Below are positions 16,320-24,967 of a stretch of 27,106 bases of DNA, one piece after another. A program made the position numbers and the translations under genes. Source of the stretch: Marine Group I thaumarchaeote (GTDB lineage Archaea > Thermoproteota > Nitrososphaeria > Nitrososphaerales > Nitrosopumilaceae); NCBI GenBank assembly GCA_044358425.1, contig CP054849.1, positions 745,399-772,504 of the forward strand, written 5' to 3'. The notes under the pieces are model-generated. The model saw only the letters and a list, made by a program, of their open reading frames with translations, did not search any database and had not been told where the DNA came from. How positions within the stretch are numbered: position 1 is the stretch's first letter; every line of letters starts with the position of its first letter.

Positions 16320-17431
16320 AATTGTTTTAAAATTCCAAAATGAGTATTTCTTTGAGCAGGAATTCTACCTATTTCTTTAACCATAGTTGCCAATTCATCC
16401 ACTGAAGAAGTAGTTGGCTTTCCAGCTGCACGATATATTTCCTCAGAAAATGCAGTTCCAACTAAATCACTTCCACCATTAGATAAGGCAACTTGAGCTA
16501 ATTTTTTGCCATAAGCAACCCAATAGACAGAGATATTATTCAAAGTATTCGCAAGCATCAATCTAGATAATGCAATAATTCTCAAATCATAAACTGAAGA
16601 ACATTCATTTGTTACTAAATTATTTTGTTCTAGTTCAGTATTATCTAAACTAAATTTCAAAGGAATTAAAGTTACAAACCCATTTGTTTTCTTTTGAAGT
16701 TCACGAATTTTTATTAAATGATCAACAATATGTTCTGGTTTTTCAATATGACCGTACAGCATTGTTACATTACTTTGGATTCCCATTGTATGAGCTTCCT
16801 CAATGACATCCAACCATTGTTGTCCAGTACATTTACCTCTTACAATTTTACCACGTATATCAGGATGAAATAATTCAGCACCACCACCTGGCATCGAATC
16901 TAATCCAGCAGTTTTCAAACGAGATAAAATTTCTTTGGTAGAATTTTTTGTTAATTTTGATAAGAAATGAATTTCTGCTGCAGTTAATGCCTTAATGTTT
17001 AATTCAGGATGACTTGTTTTGATAGTTTTCATCATATCTTCATAATATTCTAAAGGAAGATCAGGGTGAAATCCACCAACAATATGTACTTCTGTTGCAC
17101 CCATTTGTTTTGCAATGCCAACACGTTGTTCAATTTCTTTAGGAGTTAAGGTATAAGCGTCATCCTCATCTCCCTTTCGATAAAATGCACACATTTGACA
17201 ACTTGCAGCACAAACATTAGTGTAATTCATGTAATACGAAGCAGCAAATGTTACAGTATCCCCAACTAATTTTTTCCTAGTAGAATCTGCAACTGCACCA
17301 AGTAAATGTAAATTGTCATAATCCATTAATTCCAAACCATCTTTGTAAGACAATTCCTCACCTGCCAAAGCACGATCTAATGCCTGAGAATCACCTACAA
17401 TTTGCTCTAACATACAGTTACGCATTCTCAT
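16316..17431 (-). CDS. mqnE: CofH-family radical SAM enzyme, most like aminofutalosine synthase (start may be ATG 17413)
   Basis: CAASCQMC; KALTAAEI, GGGAELF, TMLYGHIE and VYW are MqnE-type rather than CofH/MqnC-type; mqnD is nearby. Confidence 0.8.
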   Translation of the reverse strand: MRMRNCMLEQIVGDSQALDRALAGEELSYKDGLELMDYDNLHLLGAVADSTRKKLVGDTVTFAASYYMNYTNVCAASCQMCAFYRKGDEDDAYTLTPKEIEQRVGIAKQMGATEVHIVGGFHPDLPLEYYEDMMKTIKTSHPELNIKALTAAEIHFLSKLTKNSTKEILSRLKTAGLDSMPGGGAELFHPDIRGKIVRGKCTGQQWLDVIEEAHTMGIQSNVTMLYGHIEKPEHIVDHLIKIRELQKKTNGFVTLIPLKFSLDNTELEQNNLVTNECSSVYDLRIIALSRLMLANTLNNISVYWVAYGKKLAQVALSNGGSDLVGTAFSEEIYRAAGKPTTSSVDELATMVKEIGRIPAQRNTHFGILKQF

Positions 17432-17487
17432 AAGGATATATTCCTTATACTCTTAAGAAATAAGTAACCAATAAAATCAGAATATGT

Positions 17488-17661
17488 GTGGTACTTCCAT
17501 TAATTGATGAACATAAACCAAAATGTTACTTATGTCACGAAGGTTTTGAAAATATCGAAGAATTAAGAGAACATCAAAATTTGAAACATAAAGATTTCTT
17601 TGAAACAAATGAAAAACAAAATAACAGAGAACCTGCACCAGGGGATGTTACAGTTTTTTAG
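17488..17661 (+). CDS. 57 aa C2H2 zinc-finger microprotein (not in the ORF track)
   Basis: GTG start; CYLCHEGFENIEELREHQNLKH = C-x2-C-x3-F-x5-L-x2-H-x4-H. Confidence 0.85.
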   Translation: MVLPLIDEHKPKCYLCHEGFENIEELREHQNLKHKDFFETNEKQNNREPAPGDVTVF

Positions 17662-18220
17662 TAGTGTTAATTGATTTCAAAAGTTCTTGTGCAGTATCTT
17701 TAGAAATTTGAGCCAAAGTGCAGTGTTCATCAATAGATAGTGCTCTTTTGAAACAACTAATAGATTCAGTAAGATTTCCTAATTCACCTAAAGAAAGTCC
17801 TTTGTATGCAAGAGCCATGGAACATTTTTGATCAATATCTAATGCTTCATCATAACAAGCAATTGCATCTAAATATTGTTCACTCAAATGTAATGCAGAA
17901 CCTTTGTTAATTAGAGCATCAATATTTTTTGGAGATAATTCAAGAGCCTTATTGAAACTACGTAGAGATAATTTGATTCTACCAAGAATTTGTAAAGTGA
18001 CTCCTTTATCGATTAAAGCAGAAATATTTTTTGGATCAATTTTTAAAATCAAATCATAGAATTCAATGGCTTCTAAAAAATTCTCATCATCAATGCAATT
18101 ATTTGCGTTTAAAAATAATTCAACTAATTCTTTATTCAATAAATCATCTAATTCATTGTTAATAATATAGTGATCCTCAGTTTGAATTTTATTTTGTGGA
18201 ATTGAGAGTAGTTTTAACAT
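17648..18220 (-). CDS. Tetratricopeptide repeat protein
   Basis: About 4 TPRs (ALIDKGVTL, ALINKGSAL, ALAYKGLSL). Confidence 0.92.
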   Translation of the reverse strand: MLKLLSIPQNKIQTEDHYIINNELDDLLNKELVELFLNANNCIDDENFLEAIEFYDLILKIDPKNISALIDKGVTLQILGRIKLSLRSFNKALELSPKNIDALINKGSALHLSEQYLDAIACYDEALDIDQKCSMALAYKGLSLGELGNLTESISCFKRALSIDEHCTLAQISKDTAQELLKSINTTKKL

Positions 18221-18314
18221 ACAGAAAATTGAAAATTATTGAATTAAACTACGAGTAATTCCGACATAACCTATCTAAACAGATTAGAAGATATCAGGCT
18301 CAAATAAGGATAAA

Positions 18315-18340
18315 AATGAATTAAAAGAGTTTAATTCATT
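18315..18340 (-). terminator. Perfect 11-bp hairpin directly after the microprotein stop; possible terminator or 3' stabiliser
   Basis: AATGAATTAAA-agag-TTTAATTCATT, running into a short T-tract on the minus strand. Confidence 0.45.
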
Positions 18341-18342
18341 CA

Positions 18343-18444
18343 TTAACAATCCTTGCATTCAGGGTCAGTGCAGACAGGATTGTGTTTTCCATCGCGTGTA
18401 GGACGGGCTGTATCTCTACGTCTTTGTGTTCTTGTCATAACCAT
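18343..18444 (-). CDS. 33 aa Arg-rich/Cys-rich microprotein (not in the ORF track)
   Basis: MVMTRTQRRRDTARPTRDGKHNPVCTDPECKDC; TTTTTAAT about 20 bp upstream; hairpin downstream. Confidence 0.6.
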   Translation of the reverse strand: MVMTRTQRRRDTARPTRDGKHNPVCTDPECKDC

Positions 18445-18492
18445 AATAGGGTTTCATGATTAAAAAGGTTAATTCAAAAATACACATAGTGG

Positions 18493-18720
18493 TTATGAGG
18501 AAAATTTGTCTCTAGGATCAAGTTTAAGGGAATTGTTAAAACATTCCATTGATTCAGCATAACGCCCTAAGCTTCGAAGTGCAGCACCCTTGTAGTTCCA
18601 TAAATCAGGGTCTTTTGGGTCTAGCAATAATGCCTGTTCAAAAAAAGATAATGCGTTGTTAAAATCACCATTTTCTAATAGAGATTTACCAGAAGATACA
18701 AGTTCTTCGATTTTACTCAT
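18493..18720 (-). CDS. Short TPR protein
   Basis: Two TPRs (GKSLLENGDFNNAL, LWNYKGAALRSLGRY). Confidence 0.9.
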   Translation of the reverse strand: MSKIEELVSSGKSLLENGDFNNALSFFEQALLLDPKDPDLWNYKGAALRSLGRYAESMECFNNSLKLDPRDKFSS

Positions 18721-18836
18721 AGTAATTGAAAGATATTGTACATATTAAATTTGAACATATGAACAAAAATTATCAATGAAAAAATATACGACTAAATAGA
18801 ACAAATTGCTATTTTCAATAACATAGGATTAAGAAA

Positions 18837-19391
18837 ATGAATGTATTTAAAATTTTTATAATTTTAGCAATTACAATTGGAACAGTACAAACAGTAAGTG
18901 CTCAAGATAATGATTCGGGAAATGAATTAAAAATATCAGATGATGAAAAAATTATTTTATTTGCAGGTTTTTCTATTGCAGTAATTGCAATATTTCTATT
19001 TTTAGCTAGAGATGTCATATTGAGAAAAAAGACGGCATATGATAAACAAGAACATGATTCAAAAAAAGATAGAACATATGAAAAATATCACTCAGATTGG
19101 GGAGACGATTATGAAGAAATTGGAAAAAGAGGAAACACCAGAGAAGAGAAAGAGTTCAGAGATGAATTGGCAAATCAAAACTTACCTAATTATTATGAAA
19201 TTTTGGGAATAAAAAAAGATGCAACTGCAGAACAAATTAAGAAAAGTTTTAGAGAATTGGCAAAGAAAACTCATCCAGATAAAACCAAAGAAGATTCTGA
19301 ACAAGAAATGATTAAAATCAATAAAGCATATGAAATATTATCAGATGAAGAATCAAAAGAAAAGTATGACAGATATTTTAAATCAAATTAA
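18837..19391 (+). CDS. Membrane-anchored J-domain protein
   Basis: Signal-like N-terminus, one TM, C-terminal NYYEILG...THPDK...INKAYEILSD. Confidence 0.92.
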   Translation: MNVFKIFIILAITIGTVQTVSAQDNDSGNELKISDDEKIILFAGFSIAVIAIFLFLARDVILRKKTAYDKQEHDSKKDRTYEKYHSDWGDDYEEIGKRGNTREEKEFRDELANQNLPNYYEILGIKKDATAEQIKKSFRELAKKTHPDKTKEDSEQEMIKINKAYEILSDEESKEKYDRYFKSN

Positions 19392-19792
19392 ACGGATTCT
19401 AATTTAATAATTATCATACTCAGTTCGATTGAATCAGGAGTTTGAACACTATTAGTTAAATTGGTTAAAATTTCCAAAGGAGTTGATGTTCCATCTAACT
19501 CAATAGAAGTGGATATTTTTAATTCACCAAATTCAGTATTAGGTCCAAGCATTTTTTTAGTGAGTAAAGGAACAACTGAAAGATCATTGATTGCACCTTT
19601 CATTTTGTATGCATACTTTTCAGAAAAATATACACCTCCACGAGTTGTAGGTTCATTAACAGGTACAGATGAATTTTCAATCGAAACATCAACTAGAAGA
19701 TAATCTTTGTCATTAAGACGAAGTGTAAATTTTGGGGAATTACTAGCAGTTAGATTCATCAAATTTTCAAATAAATCAGAATTAACAGACAT
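19388..19792 (-). CDS. Hypothetical beta-rich protein
   Basis: 134 aa ORF with 4-bp stop overlap with the J-domain gene. Confidence 0.75.
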   Translation of the reverse strand: MSVNSDLFENLMNLTASNSPKFTLRLNDKDYLLVDVSIENSSVPVNEPTTRGGVYFSEKYAYKMKGAINDLSVVPLLTKKMLGPNTEFGELKISTSIELDGTSTPLEILTNLTNSVQTPDSIELSMIIIKLESV

Positions 19793-19918
19793 GAAAAAAA
19801 TTTCAATCCTAAATTATTGAATCTTGTGATTAAAAATTAAGAAAATATCGATCATTTCTGGAATAATTAAAAAATTTCTTGGAATATATTTAAAAACTCA
19901 AATTATGATCGAACAATA

Positions 19919-21235
19919 ATGCAAGAACTTGCAAATACTCATTCAATGAGAAATGAGATTCTTAGTTTAATGGCCCAACATGGATTAGAAAATGATTGTT
20001 ATCTAGAAATGTTAGACTATACAATCGACCTATTTGATAGTCAAGGTTTAGGAGTAGATTATTACGGATATCACAATATCAATCACGAATTAGAAGTAAC
20101 ATACGTGTCATTACTAGCACTTGATCAAAAAAAAATCAAATTCACTGAAGAAGATAAAAAGTACCTATATGTTGCAGCGTTGTTCCATGATTTTGATCCG
20201 CAAAAAAGTGTAGATAAACCTCACGAAGAAAGTGTATTGAAATTTATTTCTGAAGATAAAAAACTTAGAGAATTATTAATTTCTGCAGATATTGACCTGG
20301 AAATAGTCAAAGTGTTGATTTTAAGAACTACATATCCGTGGAATGGAGAATTAAAAAAAAATGCCGAAAAGGAAATTAAAAAATGTTTTGAGAAATCAGA
20401 AAAAACTAGAAACAGTTTAGCATTACAAGAACACATAATGGAAATTGGATGGTATTTATCAGTAATTGATAGAATTAGTGGTTATGCATTAGGAGATTTT
20501 ACAAAAGCAATGGAGATGGCAAAAATGAATGCACATGCACTTGCATGGAGACCATCAATAATTATAAGAACAGCAGTAGCATATTTTGAAGAGATATTAA
20601 ACAAAGAGACAGAAATTGCACAAACAATTCTAAGAACCTTACCAAAAGAAATGAGAAAGAATTTTTTTGATACAGTATTATCTTTTATGAAGATGAGGGA
20701 ACAAGAAGTATGCATTCAAGCAGATTTTGCTTATGAAAATCTTAAATTGGTTCCAACAATTGAAAACAAAAGTTCTCAGGAGGATCCAGAATTTGCTCAA
20801 AAACTATATGACATATTTTTAGAATTACCAAAACCATTACAGTTTGGAAAAGATAATTTCAAAGAATCAATAAAAGATAAAAATACAATTATCAATACCT
20901 TGAGATTAAATGACAGTAATGGAGAAATCATAGGTTTTTCAAAAGGGGGTCCACTTGAAAATTATCAATTACGTGAAGAAATTAGAGATGAAAATTTTGG
21001 CTTAAAAAATACCATATTTTTAGAGCCTTTAGCCTTGAAAATGGGATATTGGGGACTACGTGGAGGTAGTGAGATGAGACATATGTTCATCATGCAGGCA
21101 CATTCAATGAAATACAAGTATTTGACTAGTTTTGCACTACGGGATGTAATTAGAGCAAGAATTACAAAAGAGGATGCAGAATTTGTCCAATTATTTGATC
21201 CAGAAAGATGGGATTACTATAGAGTAAAATTATAA
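19919..21235 (+). CDS. HD-domain metallohydrolase with probable C-terminal GNAT-like domain
   Basis: YHNINH, AALFHDFD, HEE, later D; C-terminal EIIGF...FLEPLALKMGYWGLRGG...AHSMKYKYL. Confidence 0.85.
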   Translation: MQELANTHSMRNEILSLMAQHGLENDCYLEMLDYTIDLFDSQGLGVDYYGYHNINHELEVTYVSLLALDQKKIKFTEEDKKYLYVAALFHDFDPQKSVDKPHEESVLKFISEDKKLRELLISADIDLEIVKVLILRTTYPWNGELKKNAEKEIKKCFEKSEKTRNSLALQEHIMEIGWYLSVIDRISGYALGDFTKAMEMAKMNAHALAWRPSIIIRTAVAYFEEILNKETEIAQTILRTLPKEMRKNFFDTVLSFMKMREQEVCIQADFAYENLKLVPTIENKSSQEDPEFAQKLYDIFLELPKPLQFGKDNFKESIKDKNTIINTLRLNDSNGEIIGFSKGGPLENYQLREEIRDENFGLKNTIFLEPLALKMGYWGLRGGSEMRHMFIMQAHSMKYKYLTSFALRDVIRARITKEDAEFVQLFDPERWDYYRVKL

Positions 21236-21243
21236 AAAAATAA

Positions 21244-22692
21244 ATGAAAAAATCACTTCTACAAATACTCGAATCTAAGATAAAAGGTGAGGTACATCAT
21301 GAAAAATATTTCAGAAAATTTTATTCAGTAGATTCAAGCTCATATCAAATAACTCCACAGATCATAGTTATTCCAATTAATGAAGAGGATGTGATCAAAA
21401 CAATAAAAATTGCAAAAAAATATGAAACATCAGTTACCGTAAGAGGTGCAGGAACTGGATTAGTTGGAAGTGCATTAAATTATGGAATAATCATAGATAT
21501 GAAAAAAATTAATTCAATTAGAATTAATAAAAAATCAGCAATAGTGGGTTCAGGAGTTTTAAAAGGCAAATTAGATTTAGAATTACAAAAAAAAGAAAAA
21601 TTTTTTCCTCCAAACCCATCAATAGGAAATTTTTGTTCCCTTGGAGGAATGTTAGGAAACAATTCAAGTGGAAGTAGAAGTATAAAATATGGTAGTACAA
21701 TAGATAATATTAAACAAATTACATTCATTGATGGAAATGGTAAAAGAATTACATTACCAAAAAATAAGAAAGTTAGTAAAAAAATATTTCAAAATATAAA
21801 AATAGATAAGGATAAAATCCCTAAAACATCAAAAAACTCTTCAGGATATCAAATAAAGAAAATCACATCAGAAAAAAATTCCCATAAAATAATTATAGGT
21901 TCTGAAGGAACACTAGGAATTATTATTTCTGCAAAATTAAATATTTTAGACATTCCAAAAAAGAGAATATTATACATAATTGCATACAAATCAATTTTCG
22001 AAGCAGCAAAAAACAGTCAATTAATCACTAAAACAGCACCTTCTACGCTTGAATTTGTAGATAAAAATACCCTAAAACATATCAAATTTAATTTTGATAA
22101 ATCGACACAATGTTTACTATTTGTAGAATACGATGAAAACATAAAAAATACTCAAAAAGAATTAAAGTTAATTATTTCAGGCAAAATAATTCAAAAACTT
22201 AGCACAAATTCAGATATGAAAACATGGTGGAAGCACAGGGATGCATCATTACACTATAGTTTAAAATCAATCAAAAAAGAATTAAGAATTCCTCATATCA
22301 TTGAAGATGCCGCAGTGCCATTAGATAAAATGTCAAAACTGTTTTCAGTATTGAAAAGTATTGAAAGAAAATACAAAGTAAAAACAATAATCTATGGACA
22401 TATAGGAAATGGAAATATCCATGTTAGATTAATTTCTAAAAAAACAAATACAAAATTAATTAAAAATATTGCAATTGAATATTTTAATGAAGTAATTAAA
22501 AACAATGGAACGATTTCAGCTGAGCATGGAGATGGACTTGCACGGTCTGAATTTATAAAAAAACAATATGGAGAGATAAATTATCAAACATTTAAAAAAA
22601 TTAAACAAATACTAGATCCTAATTTTATTTTAAACCCTGGAAAAATCATTACAGAAAAAAGTACAGTGATAAAAAATTTAAAAAAATATTAG
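21244..22692 (+). CDS. FAD-linked oxidoreductase (GlcD/D-2-hydroxyacid dehydrogenase family)
   Basis: RGAGTGLVG, GGMLGNNSSG, KYG, GSEGTLGII, GHIGNGNIH, AEHGDG, DPNFILNPGK. Confidence 0.93.
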   Translation: MKKSLLQILESKIKGEVHHEKYFRKFYSVDSSSYQITPQIIVIPINEEDVIKTIKIAKKYETSVTVRGAGTGLVGSALNYGIIIDMKKINSIRINKKSAIVGSGVLKGKLDLELQKKEKFFPPNPSIGNFCSLGGMLGNNSSGSRSIKYGSTIDNIKQITFIDGNGKRITLPKNKKVSKKIFQNIKIDKDKIPKTSKNSSGYQIKKITSEKNSHKIIIGSEGTLGIIISAKLNILDIPKKRILYIIAYKSIFEAAKNSQLITKTAPSTLEFVDKNTLKHIKFNFDKSTQCLLFVEYDENIKNTQKELKLIISGKIIQKLSTNSDMKTWWKHRDASLHYSLKSIKKELRIPHIIEDAAVPLDKMSKLFSVLKSIERKYKVKTIIYGHIGNGNIHVRLISKKTNTKLIKNIAIEYFNEVIKNNGTISAEHGDGLARSEFIKKQYGEINYQTFKKIKQILDPNFILNPGKIITEKSTVIKNLKKY

Positions 22693-22815
22693 ATTTTAGA
22701 ATTACCAATACGAAAAATATAGTTCAGGATCATGAAAATTGAGATCGGATATTTGCCTATTAGTAAAAAAAATTCAACAACTTCTCGCTAATACAAGAAC
22801 GAGCCTACAAAGATC

Positions 22816-22959
22816 ATGACAATAGGATATTGTGTCAAGTGTAGAGACAAACGAGAAATCGGTAGTCCAGCACCATACACCATGAAAAATGGAAAACCTG
22901 CAATTAAAGGCACATGCCCAACATGCAGTACAGCCATTTTCAGAATAGGTAGAGGATAA
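22816..22959 (+). CDS. 47 aa DUF5679-like Zn-ribbon microprotein (not in the ORF track)
   Basis: MTIGYCVKCRDKREIGSPAPYTMKNGKPAIKGTCPTCSTAIFRIGRG. Confidence 0.9.
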   Translation: MTIGYCVKCRDKREIGSPAPYTMKNGKPAIKGTCPTCSTAIFRIGRG

Positions 22960-22983
22960 GGATTTTTCAAAAAACCCAATCTT

Positions 22984-23226
22984 CTAGTTACTAGATAGGT
23001 CTTGCCATAGCGAAAGCAATGGCGATGGATCTTTTTCAATTTCTTGAGTAATTCTATTTTTTAGAACAAATGAAAAATTTTCAATTGCATCCTCCCCACC
23101 ATCATCAAAAATTTCTTGACCAATCTCTTTGATTCTAGTATGTTTTTGATCTATTTCTGAAGAATCAGGATTTTGTAAACAAAAAGTCATTAAATCAATT
23201 AATTCCTCTTCAAGCATCATATCCAT
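22984..23226 (-). CDS. Hypothetical acidic helical protein
   Basis: 80 aa ORF downstream of sod. Confidence 0.7.
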   Translation of the reverse strand: MDMMLEEELIDLMTFCLQNPDSSEIDQKHTRIKEIGQEIFDDGGEDAIENFSFVLKNRITQEIEKDPSPLLSLWQDLSSN

Positions 23227-23267
23227 ACATTAAGACCAGAGTAATTCTTAATGAATCTTTTTTCAGA

Positions 23268-23888
23268 TTAAAAAATTTCTTCAAATCTGTTTGTCACATA
23301 ATCCCAATTAATTACATTCCACCAAGATTCAACATAATTAGGTCGTTTGTTTTGGTAATTAAGATAGTATGCATGCTCCCACATATCAATTCCTAAAAGA
23401 GGTGTTTTTTGTAATGTCCAAGGACTATCCTGATTAGGAGTAGTAATGATTTCGATTTTATGATATGTTTCATTAAAAACTAACCAACACCATCCACTAC
23501 CTTCAATGGAAATTGCTTTTTGAGAAAAAATTTTTTTGAAATTGTCAAAATTATCAAAATAGACATCAATTTGATCTTCTAATTTTCCGCCAGGCACTTT
23601 ATCACTTTTAGGGGTTAAAGTTTCCCAAAATAATCTATGATTTTCAAAACCTCCACCAAAAAAGTTAATTGATTTTTGTCCTGATTCAGGAAGTGAATAT
23701 AATTCAGATAAAATTGCAGAAATGTATTTTGGATGAGATGCAGCACCTATCTCAGCAAGAGACGCATTTAGACCATCAACGTATGCCTGATGATGTTTTA
23801 AATGATGTATTTTCATAGTTTCTTGATCAAAATAGGGCTCTAATTCATCATAATCATATGACAATCGTGGAAGTTGATAAAGAACCAT
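23268..23888 (-). CDS. sod: Fe/Mn superoxide dismutase (Mn-type signatures)
   Basis: HHLKHHQAYV, GGGFENH, GSGWCWL, NQD, DMWEHAYY. Confidence 0.97.
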   Translation of the reverse strand: MVLYQLPRLSYDYDELEPYFDQETMKIHHLKHHQAYVDGLNASLAEIGAASHPKYISAILSELYSLPESGQKSINFFGGGFENHRLFWETLTPKSDKVPGGKLEDQIDVYFDNFDNFKKIFSQKAISIEGSGWCWLVFNETYHKIEIITTPNQDSPWTLQKTPLLGIDMWEHAYYLNYQNKRPNYVESWWNVINWDYVTNRFEEIF

Positions 23889-23935
23889 AGATAAAAAAAG
23901 ATAATCAACATATATTATTCAAACTGAAACAGGAC

Positions 23936-24550
23936 ATGAGAAAATTAGGTACAATAGATTTAGAAGTTTTACAGTTAGCAGTTGATCAAAATGGAACATT
24001 TAATGAAACTCATTTAGAGAATTCAAAATTAAAAAGACACGGAGTTGGAAAAATTTTAGACACATTAGCATCGCTAAAAGATAGAAAATTCATTTCAATG
24101 AATGAAAATGGCTCTTTTACAATTACTGAATTAGCTAAAGAGATTCTTTGGAGTTCAAAAATTCCAATATGGGCAAAAATTTTAAGATTATTACAAATTA
24201 AATCATGTGATTTACAACAAATTATAGAAACAATAAACAGTTCAGAAGATGAAATTTTTAACGAATTAGAACAATTAAGAAAAAAGCAGTTTGTTTTAAT
24301 GTCACCGCAACGTCAAGATGAAAAGTTAATCAAAGTTTATGAAATTTTACCAGAGGGAATTGAAGTAATTGATAAAACAGAAACACAAGGATTTGAAAAT
24401 ATTAATTTTGGTAAAAATAAATCAGATGGAGAAATAATAGGAACAATTGAAGAGATTTTAGATCAAGTAAAAAAATTAAATTGTTCAGATGATGAAAAAA
24501 ACAATATTACAAAAAAATTGGAATTATTGAAAAATAAATTAGAAATCTAA
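23936..24550 (+). CDS. Tandem winged-helix protein
   Basis: Two wHTH-like units (LASLKDRKFI..FTITELAKE; LEQLRKKQFV..YEILPEG). Confidence 0.75.
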   Translation: MRKLGTIDLEVLQLAVDQNGTFNETHLENSKLKRHGVGKILDTLASLKDRKFISMNENGSFTITELAKEILWSSKIPIWAKILRLLQIKSCDLQQIIETINSSEDEIFNELEQLRKKQFVLMSPQRQDEKLIKVYEILPEGIEVIDKTETQGFENINFGKNKSDGEIIGTIEEILDQVKKLNCSDDEKNNITKKLELLKNKLEI

Positions 24551-24574
24551 CTACAGTAAAATGTTAAAATTGAA

Positions 24575-24967
24575 TTAAGGATGTGAGCAAAGTTCTGCTA
24601 AAACTCCACTTAATGATTTTGGATGGATAAAAGTGACTTTAGTTCCTGCAGAGCCAGGTCTAATTTTCCCTAAGAATTGAATTCCACAACCTTCCATTCT
24701 TTCAACTTCACCTTCAATATCACTAGTATCTAATGCCATATGATGAAGTCCTGGACCTTTTTTATCTAAAAATTTCTTAATTGGACTTGAATCATTTGTA
24801 GGTTGCATTAATTCAATTCGACCATTCTCCAGTGCAATAATTGCAACTTTAACACCTTCAGATTCTACTGTTTCAAATTCAATTTCATCAACACCTAAGG
24901 CTTGTTGATAGACTTTAGCAGATTCTTCAACATCATTTACTGCAATGGCAATATGATCAATTTTCAA
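24575..24967 (-). CDS. mce: Methylmalonyl-CoA epimerase
   Basis: IDHIAIAV, IELMQP, KFLDKKGPGLHH, FIHPKS..GVLAEL; TTG start abutting the mutase stop. Confidence 0.96.
   Translation of the reverse strand: MKIDHIAIAVNDVEESAKVYQQALGVDEIEFETVESEGVKVAIIALENGRIELMQPTNDSSPIKKFLDKKGPGLHHMALDTSDIEGEVERMEGCGIQFLGKIRPGSAGTKVTFIHPKSLSGVLAELCSHP

Noticed and set aside
16316-17431. cofH or mqnC assignment
   Set aside because: GGGAELF, KALTAAEI and VYW fit MqnE better than the GTAAEIL or QASW patterns of CofH/MqnC.
19388-19792. Possible phage tail-tube/Hcp-like fold
   Set aside because: Only size and beta-rich pattern suggest it; no motif and no viral neighbours. A structure search would be needed.
22788-23039. 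Track ORF of 83 aa on the minus strand
   Set aside because: Antisense to the DUF5679-like microprotein and overlaps 22984..23226.
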